A DNA stretch of 64,000 bases from Octopus sinensis (Eukaryota): assembly GCF_006345805.1 (NCBI RefSeq), contig NC_042998.1:172112001-172176000 (forward strand). Reading direction: 5' to 3'. Below the pieces are notes generated by a model. The model saw nothing but the letters and a program-made list of their open reading frames with translations, did not search any database and was not told the origin of the DNA. The position numbers were made by a program, and so were the translations under genes. Of this stretch, positions 53,679-64,000 are shown piece by piece (within the stretch, counting starts at the first letter, position 1; the number at the start of each line of letters is the position of its first letter).

Positions 53679-53910
53679 TGTGTATATGTTTGTGTGTCTG
53701 TGTTTGTCCCAATAGCATTGCTTGACAACCGATGCTGGTGTGTTTACATCCCCGTCACTTAGCGGTTCGGCAAAAGAGACCGATAGAATAAGTGCTGGGC
53801 TTACAAAGAATAAGTCCCGGGGTCGATTTGCTCGACTAAAGGCGGTGCTCCAGCATGGCCGCAGTCAAATGACTGAAACAAGTAAAAGAGTAAAGAGTAA
53901 AAGAGAGAGT
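53461..53910 (+). mobile_element. SINE family A, young copy
   Basis: AGGCGCAGGAGTGG... to (AAAGAGT)n; CpGs retained. Confidence 0.9.
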
Positions 53911-55861
53911 ATATCTTTTATCTGTTTCAGTCATTGGACTGCAGGCATGCTGGGGCACTAGAACATTTAGCCCAATGAATTGACCTCAGTACTTACAGTA
54001 GGCTTTTTTTCTTTGTTGCTGTGTGCTAGACAATGCTGGGTGATGAGACAAAAAAACCACAACAGAGCAGTGTTTTTAGCATCAAACTATATTTAAAATG
54101 GAATACAAAATTTCTTTGCCATGACCAAGTTCTCCCCAGGAAGGCATCTAGTCACAGAAATCACGTTCCCCCAAAATGGAACATATAAATGGAATGAAGA
54201 TTCTGTCTGTTACATCTGATGCTACCAATCTAGGATGACCAGTAAATAAGAATTGATAGAGAACAGAGAGAACTCTTTAGCCCTTATGCTTAGGAAAACC
54301 TCAAGAGCACTGATTTTTATAATAAAATGCATCCGGCCTGCACTCTAAGAAATACATAGCAACTAAAACGGCCCATTTTCTCCGTTGCTGTGTGTCATAT
54401 GATGCAGACCACAATAAGTAATGGGAGTTGCCTAACCCATAACAATTCAGTATAGCAATATGGACATGAAATTAAGCTGATACAGCTATCTATATATATT
54501 CATACATACACATACATCTACATATATAATCACTAACAACACCATTTCTATGTATGAGGTACATTGCCCTACTCATCCTACTACAAAAAAAAAATATTGG
54601 CAAAAGAAGCAGTATTAATACAAAAAGGTAATATTTATCTCCACTTAAAAGTGGATGTTGTGTTAGAACATAGGATACCGTGATAAGTTACCATGAGAGA
54701 AACTCATGTATTGGCTTTTGGTGCATATAAGTACTCTTTTTTACATTACTAGTGAGGAGATAAATCATCCACCATTGCCACTGCTGAGACTACCAGATTA
54801 CATAATTTCGGCCTTCTGTAGCCTTGTCAATGGTAGATGCTCAGGTGCTGGACATAGCAGCAATTTCTGTTAGTGATACACATAGAATCATAGGGCCTAA
54901 GCAGGCATAAATCACTGGTTAGCATAAAATTCAAAACAGCAATCTTAAATGTTGACTTTAACATGCACTCCAAACATAGAATGGCAATATTTTAAAGCCA
55001 AGATGGATATGGAAAATGCTGGTTGTAAAAGAAGTGCTATGTGCTCTAAGAGTTTGCGATCTAGGAAGATATAGGACCAAGTGGTGAAAACTGATTTCAA
55101 GAGATTGAACTTCACATAAGACAAAATACAGCAGCAAGTTGCGAAACATTTTGCTGGAAAAGATTCATCTATCTTGAGAGAACATGGCAAAAGGGACATA
55201 AAAATGGTAGTGGCAATAGAGGTTTATTGCATAATATCTACACAACAGTCTCTCTCACCCATTATGTTTATGTTAAGTTTTTATCCAACACCCTTCCCTT
55301 TTTCCTTTGATACCTTCTCATTTATCACTGTACTTCCTTAACACTATTCCTCCCCCCAATACAATGTCTGAGGAATGAGATATTAAAACTGTCCATATTT
55401 AATTCCACTACCATCACCCTTTTATACTGATAACCATTACACACACACACACATTCTCTCTCTCGCTCTTGCTCCTTCATCCCCCTCTATCTTCCACTAT
55501 CGACATCCATTAATCTCTCTCATCTTTGGGACCCATCACTCTTTTCCTTTTATGTTTGTCTTTCTCTCTCACACACAGTACTCCCTCTATCACTCACCAC
55601 TGACACCCATTAGTTTCTTTCTTTCATCACATAAAACTTCTATAACTCCCAATTGCATCACCAAATTTCTCACTTCTGCCAATCACTCTCTCTTCCTCCA
55701 TTACACTTTTCATGTCATTTTTTTAGTCAAGCTCTTTACCAACAACCACAATATACATGTTTATCAGTCTCTCTTCCATTACACCCTCTTCTATCATCCA
55801 CTCACTGTCACTGTTTCTCTCTTGTTACTCTCTCTCTTTTATTCACCATCTCAATTATGTC

Positions 55862-56515
55862 AAGCAAATAGAGACTTTGACTAGTGACCGAGACTTTTGG
55901 AAATATGCTGTGCTTGAGAAGACCTGGCAAACCAAATGAGACCATAATCTCGTGGCCTATGCCAGGGGTGTAACCAGCCCACTTATGCATACCTTTTCTT
56001 CATTGGACACTAAACTCTGCTTGCAAAGACCTGTTGAGGCAAGTGAAATTGAAATCAAATTTGATGACTGGCATCCGTACTAGTGGAGCACTAAGAGCAC
56101 CATCCAAGCACGATCGTTGCCAGAGCGGCTAACTGGCTTCTGTGCCAGTGGCATGTAAAAAGCACCATTTGAGCATGATCGTTACCAGCATCACCTTGGT
56201 GGCATGTGAAAAAACATTTGAGCGAAGTTGTTGCCAGTGCCACTGGACTGGCTCCTGTGCAGGTGACACATAAAAAACACCATTTGAGCGTGGCCGTCGC
56301 CAGTACCGCCTGACTGACGCTCGTGCCGGTGGCATGTAAAAGCACCCACTACACTCTTGGAGTGGTTGGCATTAGAAAGGGCATCCAGCTGTAGAAACTC
56401 TGCCAGATCAAGATTGGAGCCTCGTGCAGCCATCTGGTTCACCAGTCCTCAGTCAAATCGTCCAACCCATGCTAGCATGGAAAGCGGATGTTAAACGATG
56501 ATGATGATGATGATG
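55862..56515 (+). mobile_element. RTE 3' end with expanded UTR repeats
   Basis: TLTSDRDFWKYAVLEKTWQTK*, about five GGTGGCATGTAAAAAGCACC-type units, (GAT)n tail. Confidence 0.88.
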
Positions 56516-56969
56516 AAATAGAGACAGTGCAAGGTGGAGAATACTTCTTAGTCTTGCTAGAGACGCATAAACTCTAGTGCTAATACCTATTTAAATTGTA
56601 TCCAGTAAACTCAGTGAAGTGGTTGGCTAATGAATGGAGACAATGTAGGGAACTCATTAATATTGCTAGGGAAAAGACAACTTCTAGGGTGTTGGTGCTA
56701 CAATAATATGCAGCAAATATATCCTGTAAAGTGGTTGGTATTAGAAAAAGGATCTAAGCACAGAAACCATGGTAAAAATGGAATGTGTGAATAAGAAATG
56801 GTTCCCAACCCTTTCTAAGAAACACAATAAGCCCACATAGGAACTCTGATCATAATTATCCGTCCAACCAATGTTAGCATGGAAGAATAGACATAGAATC
56901 ATGATGACTGATACAGAATATTCAGTATACATCATAATACTTTGCATTTGTAGACAATAAATATTTCAG

Positions 56970-57373
56970 TTACTCGTTACTCTTTTACTTGTTTCAGTCA
57001 TTTGACTGCGGCCATGCTGGAGCACCGCCTTTAGTCGAGCAAATCGACCCCAGGACTTATTCTTTGTAAGCCCAGTACTTATTCTATCGGTCTCTTTTGC
57101 CGAACCGCTAAGTGACGGGGACAAACACACCAGCATCGGTTGTCAAGCAATGCTAAGGGGACAAACACAGACACACAAACATATACACACACATATATAT
57201 ACATATATACGACAGGCTTCTTTCAGTTTCCGTCTACCAAATCCACTCACAAGGCATTGGTCGGCCCTGGGCTATAGCAGAAGACACTTGCCCAAGATGC
57301 CACGCAGTGGGACTGAACCTGGAACCATGTGGTTGGTAAGCAAGCTATTTACCATACAGCCACTCCTGCGCCT
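56970..57373 (-). mobile_element. SINE family A, young copy
   Basis: Full-length, CpGs retained. Confidence 0.9.
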
Positions 57374-58802
57374 ATCTGGTGTATCCATAACTTACTTCAA
57401 ATGTTGGTTAAAATCTATTGCAGATGGTGAAAGTGCATTTGGTCATCACCCTGTTTGCTATCACCTAGAACTACAAGCTCATTCTCTATAATTAGTTTAA
57501 AGTGCAATTCAAGTTTCCTTAATAGCCACTATTGTTTTCTTGAGACACTTTGGTATCTCAAATATCCTTTTCAATTCTCCAGTTTAAGTTTACATCCTCA
57601 TAAGGTTCCTGTTCGAATAAGTTGCCACTAAGCCACTGTCACCTGCTCATTACACAACAAGTACACCACAGACAAATAACATAAACAAAATAGAATTAGT
57701 GTACAATCAAAATTTGTTAATACCTAACAGAAAACAGAAATATCCTATTGCAGACATTCATATTTGTTTTAAACTACACTGAAGAAGTGGCTATCTAGTC
57801 TTAAGTTAGAAAAACAGATTTGTTATTTTAAACTTCCTTCACAAACAAACCATTGTTTTGTTCATGTATTAATATTGGAGCACTTAGTATATAGCCATGA
57901 ATGGCACATTATTTTAAGCTTTTCAGACAAGCAATTCATTGTCTCTTAAACTGCCCAATCATTTTTAGTTTTGTTTGTTTTTACATGTTAAATCTACTGG
58001 GTAGCAATGTTTGGGTTACCTTTTGATAAATTGCCAAATCTGTTAGCCACTTCCTGCGTTAGTCTAATTTTTTTTAGGTCAATCTTAACCAATCTTAATC
58101 AAAGTTCCTTGTTGTTGTATTTTACTGATTTAATCTGAAATGTTTTGGATTCATATTGTTATATTCTGTTTATAGTCAAAATGCTCAGTTCTCAAATAAG
58201 ATAATGTTGGACTACTTTGTGAATTTCAACAAGTGTTTTAGTTGTTTAATTAAAAAAACTACTAGCTAATTGATATATAATTTAAGTGGCTATGTTCTAC
58301 AGACACTTCTACCCTAACACTATGCTTTGGAATAAAAATATGTAACAAGTTCCGATGTGATTTCAAAGAACTTTTGCTAACCTAATTTTACTGACAAGGT
58401 CTGAGTAACACTGAGACTTTAGTACAAGATTTTTGCACAAATATATCATTTAGCATCCACTTTTTCATACCTGTATGGCTTAAATGTAATATGCTGAGGC
58501 AGATTTTCTAGGGTTGGATAACCTTCCTGTTGCCAACCTTCACCTGTTTCCAAACAAAATAATATTTCCCCTTGGCCAGACATGTTTTTCACGGAGGGCT
58601 GGAAATGAACAACACTGCTGGCATGATGGTGATGCTTGTTTACAACCATCACATGATGTCAAGACAAGGATACACATACTTATTATGGTTGAGTCAATCT
58701 TTTACTTCTCTGAGTTTCAACTGTGGGTACACAGAGTTTCCAAACAGGTTATGACTTTTTTCCAACAGTCAACATTATATTAAACATATACATTTACACT
58801 AT

Positions 58803-58840
<38 letters not shown>

Positions 58841-59019
58841 GCGAGAAGTTGAGGTTATAAGAGATAATGGTGTCATTGAGACCCAAAGGTGTCAGGTAAT
58901 GATGAACAAGTGCTATAGACAGACCATAGTTAAGTTCCAGATTCAGTAATATTGCGAATAAAGGGTTCAACATTGGTTCTATATCAGTGGCATTTTTCCT
59001 TAATTTTTCCTCTCACACT

Positions 59020-59071
59020 GTCTCCGATGAAGGGATATTATTAATTAATATCCTAGAAACAGCTGTAAGAC
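59020..59071 (+). ncRNA. Minimal type I hammerhead-like motif (variant), probably a Penelope pLTR relic
   Basis: GTCT-CCGATGA-AGGGATATTA(TTAAT)TAATATCCTA-GAAA-CAGCTG-TA-AGAC. Confidence 0.55.
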
Positions 59072-59634
59072 CTTCTGTCTATAAATGCTCTAATATCTAT
59101 ACAGCCTTGGTTTTTTTTTATCTCATTACACAAAAAATTCTTTTATATATATATATATATAAAAGCAAAGGGGCTCTTTGAGTCTTCATTTAACAAATTC
59201 ACTCTTAAGGCACTGAAGCACTGGTTGGCCCAGGGCTTTAGTAGACAATACAAGCCCAAGGTATCACACAGCTGCATCTGTGGCTATACTATGCTTGCAT
59301 CAATAAAACTTCCTCTACCATATACATACATATATGGAGCGTGAGGGTGGAGGGAGAGTTTTATTGATGCAGGAAAACCTCCAAGTTTAATTTAACTGAT
59401 CCTCCAACAGAAATAAACTTTTGGAACTATACAATGGATAACAAATACCACAAAGAGGATCAGTTATAAAATAAATGAATATTTAAAAAGGCAACTGACT
59501 GTTGGCATTGCCTCAGCTCAAGACAGTGCTCTAGCTTGGCTGCAGTCTAATGACCGAAACAAGTAAAGGAAATAATAAATGAATTAGAACTGATTAAAAT
59601 AAAGTCATTCAAATAAAGCATATCTAGCTCTCAC

Positions 59635-60029
59635 TTTACTCTTTTACTTGTTTCAGTCATTTGACTGCGGCCATGATGGAGCACCGCCTTTAGTCGAGCA
59701 AATCGACCCCGGGACTTATTCTTTGTAAGTCCAGTACTTATTCTATCGGTCTCTTTTGCCGACCGCTAAGTGACGGGGACGTAAACACACCAGCATCAGT
59801 TGTCAAGCAATGCTAGGGGGACAAACACAGACACACAAACACATAAATATATATATACATATATACGACAGGCTTCTTTCAGTTTCTGTCTACCAAATCC
59901 ACTCACAAGGCATTGGTCGGCCCGGGGCTATAGCAGAAGACACTTGCCCAAGATGCCACGCAGTGGGACTGAACCCGGAACCATGTGGTTGGTTAGCAAG
60001 CTACTTACCACACAGCCACTCCTGTGCCT
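59635..60029 (-). mobile_element. SINE family A, young copy
   Basis: Full-length match. Confidence 0.9.
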
Positions 60030-60867
60030 TTGCTGACTATATGTGCATATCTTATGTTACTCTCACAAGATATTCATCTGCACTTATTTTCCTTAAAAGC
60101 AACCAGACTACAAAGTGTGTTACTTTGTCAAAGGTCCATCATCAGATCAACATATGAAAGGAAGAGGGGCTTACTGTTAGATAAAGATTTTCTCTTGCAG
60201 TTGTCTTTCTATGAAGAGAGCATCATCAGCAAGTACTATAACCAGACAACATTTCTAACTGCATGCTCACAATGGTCAGATGGAACTGAGGTAGATTTTC
60301 TACAGCTGGAGGCCCTTCCCCTCACTTGTTTCCATGCAAGGTAATATTTCCTCATGACCAGACATGTTTTCATGGAAGATTGGAAATAAATGATACTTTT
60401 TGTATGATGATGGCACTTGTTTATAACGATCACATGATGTCAAGACAAAGAGGAACAACCACACACACACACACACACATAGATGAAGGCATCGCTGTGT
60501 GGATAAGAAATTTGCTTCTCATCTACATGGTTTCAAGTTCAGTCCCACTGCATGGAATCATGGACAAGTGTCATAATAGCCTTGAGCTGACCACTGAATG
60601 GATTTTGTTAATGGAAACTGAATTATGTGAGTGTGTGTAAGGACTAAATTTGCGTGAATGTGCAAGTACCTCCTTGTTTCGACATTGTGTGATAATTGTA
60701 AATGAGTGTTGCAATCAGATAAGTAATGTCCTTTGGATCGAGACTTCCATGAAAACATTTCTGGCCAAGGGGAAACGGTAGAACAGGTGAGAGTTGATGA
60801 CAAGAAGGGTATACTGCTGCAGAAAAATCTGCTTTAGTGAATTCTGTTTGATTCTTGCAAGTATGGA

Positions 60868-61015
60868 AATCATCATCATCATTGTTTAACGTCCGCTTTC
60901 CATGCTAGCATGGGTTGGATGTATGACTGAGGGCTGGCGAACCAGATGGCTGCATCAGGCTTCAATCTTGATCTGTCAGAGTTTCTACAGCTGGATGCCC
61001 TTCCTAATGCCAAAC
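60868..61015 (-). mobile_element. Short RTE 3' UTR copy
   Basis: (CAT)n-GTTTAACGTCCGCTTTCCATGCTAGC...CTGGATGCCCTTCC. Confidence 0.8.
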
Positions 61016-61697
61016 GTGGATGTTAAAATAATAATGATGATATATATTATGATGGGCTTCTTTCAGCCTCCACCAACCAAAATTACTCACAAGGCTTTGA
61101 TTAGCAAGGTGTTACAGTAGAAAACACTTGCTCAAGATATCAAGATGTGTGACTGAAAATGAAACTAAGTGTTTCAGAAGCAAAGTTAATCACACATTCA
61201 TGCCTGCACTTATACATACCTATAAAAATACATAAACATATGCACACGCACACAGACACCTATTTATCTATATTTGTGTGTGTGTGATCAACTACTTCAT
61301 AGAAGAGACACTTTTGGTCACACAACTGTAACCTAGTCACTGACACAGTTCAACCATATCTGTTTGAAATGTCCTGTTTTTATTGACCTTAGGTTTAATA
61401 TTCCTATTTCTTTCTTGAATTTTTAAACACATGGAATTGTTACATTTATGCTGACTCTGACATTGGCCATCATTTGTGTCTTCTAGGTTACATTAATTTA
61501 TCAGTTAACAGCTTTATATATTATAACCATTATTCCACTTTTTCTTTTGTGCATTTCCTGTGTGTGTAACACGCTGGTGTTATCCCAGTGACTGAGCTCA
61601 TTTTCTCATATGCAAACTGATTCAGTTATGTATCTTAGTACTGTTTCTATACTGAGTTTATTAACTGAATCATTCTGTTTTTCTAGCATGTGTTAAG

Positions 61698-61885
61698 AAT
61701 GGAAAGAGACCCCGCTGTACAGATGGCAACTGTATAGTATGCAGAGTGAATCCACAGATAAACTGTAAAACTAGTCTTGTAGTTTATGGTATAAAGTATA
61801 CTGAGGGACAGTGCAGAAACAGGACAGGATATACATTGGGGAGACAGCATGTAGCACAGGTGAGTGGATAAGTGAACACTGGTGG
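61698..61885 (+). pseudogene. Penelope-type GIY-YIG endonuclease relic
   Basis: RCTDGNCIVC...NCKTSLVVYGIKY, frameshift, IYIGETACSTGEWISEH. Confidence 0.7.
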
Positions 61886-63632
61886 GAACCTCGAGGATGT
61901 GGAAGTAGGTTTTGCAGTATTGTTGTTTCAGTGTTCATTGAATTAGTACAAACCAAGTCAAAACAAACTATGGAACCTGGTGTGAGCCCTAGTCTTGTCA
62001 GCTCCTGTCAAGCCATTTAGCCCAGATGGAAGACAGATGTTAAGTGATGATGATGATACCAGCAGAAAAACTGTTTAAACTGCATGTAAGGAATATTAAT
62101 AGAGAATTTACAGACACTATGACAAGAAATATGGAAAATATTAATCTAAAGAATTCATCTTTCATGGCACACAATGACACCACCGTCACTACTACTACTA
62201 CTACTACTAATAATAATAATAATGATAATTTCAATTTTTAGCACAAGACCAGCAATTTTGGGGAAGGGATTATGTTGAATCCATTGCTCAACTGGTTCTT
62301 ATTTTATCGACCCCCAAAAAAGATGAAAGGCAAAGTTGACCTTGGCAGAATTTGAATACAAGACGTAAAGACTGACAAAATGCCAATTAGCAGTTTGCCT
62401 AGTGTGCTAATGATTCTATCAGCTTGCTACCTTGTAAATACCTTGTAAATGATTGTAAATACAAGGAGCTGAAATGGGGCTCCTCCAAAGGACCTCTGGA
62501 GCAATGTTACTTAACAAAGCACTTAGCTTGGAGATCAGGGATTATCTCCAGGCTGAGTCACTACTCCTCCACATTGATAGGTAACAGCTCCAATACGACT
62601 GGCACATGACTAGAATGTTGCAGGAATGAACTACAAGCCCAGAAGTAGACCAAGAATAAGATACCCATAGTCTCAGTTGGTCCTGCTTGAGAATCCAGCC
62701 AGAAAGTGTAATGAAGGTAGCTTCTGATAGGACCCTATGGAGGAGTCATCTGAAGACTCTATTTCCATGACTCACCCAGGAATAGTGGGCATGCAATGCT
62801 GCATGGTAATGAAACATGGGCCTTGAATGCAAAGAATGGATGGAATAATAATAATAATAATAATTTTTTTCTAATTTTGACACAAAGCCAGTAATTGTAG
62901 TGGAAGGGTGTTAGTTGCAACCATTGACTCCAGTATGCAGGATTGGTAGGATTTGAACTCTGAACATAATGAGCCAGATGAAATGCCACTCAGCATTATG
63001 TCTGGCATAATAATAATTCTGCCAGTTTGTTGCCTTAACTCTTTAGCATTCAGATTATTCTGTTGAGCATAATGCTTATTTTTTCAAATTGGTTTGAATT
63101 AATCATACATTATCTCTCTGCTTCTAGATTTCAATGATATGATGATATAATTTTATAACGACATTTTATGGTAGGTATGAGGCCGAATTTGGTCAGTTTA
63201 AATGTAAAACATGTAGAATATTTGGGCTAGTTTAAATGTTAAAAGGTTAATTATTTCATATTTTATCACAAGGTTAGCAATTATAAGGGGAGAAGGCAAA
63301 TCAGTTACGTCAACCACCCACCCACCGATACTTGACTAGTGTTTTAATTTATCAATCTTGGAGGGACGAAAGGCAAATTTGATCCCAGCAGGATTTGAAC
63401 TCAGAATGTTAAGAATCAGAATAAATACCATAAAGCATTTTTTCTGATGCTTTACAGAAAAAAGAGTCTGTTAACTCATCACTATAATAATATGGATGAG
63501 GGTAAATGAAATCTCAAGAAGTTCATGTTGTTTCCAGGGTAGATTTGGTTTGCAGTGTGGAATTTGCCATTTTAAAGGTTATATATTAATAATATAATAA
63601 TTAGTGAAATCAAAAGAAAATGCAATGCTTAC

Positions 63633-63752
63633 CGCAATGAAACCCTGTCTAACAGGAAATGGAATGGCAGAGTGTTTGAATGTTGATGCTGTCGGCCAAA
63701 CGTTTGTCCAGTCATCTGTGATTTTCATTTTGTGATAACGAGGAGGAAGAGA
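63633..63752 (-). CDS. MRPS35: mS35 coding exon (most 5' exon in window), 120 nt, phase 0/0
   Basis: ttttttcag|TCT...GCG|gtaagc. Translates SLPPRYHKMKITDDWTNVWPTASTFKHSAIPFPVRQGFIA, resembling human mS35 [37 protein letters not shown] (recalled sequence). Confidence 0.93.
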
Positions 63753-64000
63753 CTGAAAAAAAAATAATATAAATGTTAGGAAAAAATAATAATCACTTTT
63801 AAAGAAAATAAATGAGAGAATATATCTCTATCTCTATCTATCTATCTATCTATCTATCTATATATATATAGGTTGAAAAATGATTAGAGACCTATACAAA
63901 TAAAATTTTTATATATGAAAGATGGGGGTGGAAATAGCACAGAAGTAAGTCTAAGACATTTCAATTTAAGAGAGAATTTAATAAAAAAGAATATAAAGAA

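Noticed and set aside
62420-62830. ORFs in old LINE debris (also about 35640-36130 and 54950-55200)
   Set aside because: Heavily decayed RTE-like remnants, not host exons.

Overview
AT-rich, microsatellite- and SINE-dense eukaryotic DNA, most likely an octopus (inferred from repeat content and composition, not proven). One host gene is reconstructed by hand: minus-strand MRPS35 (mitoribosomal protein mS35). Seven coding exons (63633-63752, 37477-37603, 34245-34384, 32759-32868, 24815-24884, 22926-23060, 19206-19394) have GT-AG sites and compatible phases; the 5' exon(s) lie beyond the right edge, and one intron is about 26 kb. The rest is transposon landscape: a Chapaev3-type element, two mellifera-type mariners, Tc1/maT relics, Penelope-like elements, RTE, CR1 and CRE-type LINE pieces, Helitron/HINE-like elements, MITEs and several SINE families. 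Most short ORFs in the track are SINE or microsatellite artefacts. Best leads: (1) a minimal hammerhead ribozyme at a Penelope 3' end whose core C3-G8 pair is swapped to A3-U8; (2) a second variant hammerhead inside the MRPS35 intron; (3) a near-perfect palindrome with ~100-bp arms and several inverted SINE pairs in the MRPS35 pre-mRNA (candidate dsRNA/ADAR substrates); (4) an apparent CpG-depletion boundary near 16.1 kb beside a promoter-like island. I found no evidence of a wholly new protein-coding system. Repeat coordinates are approximate.
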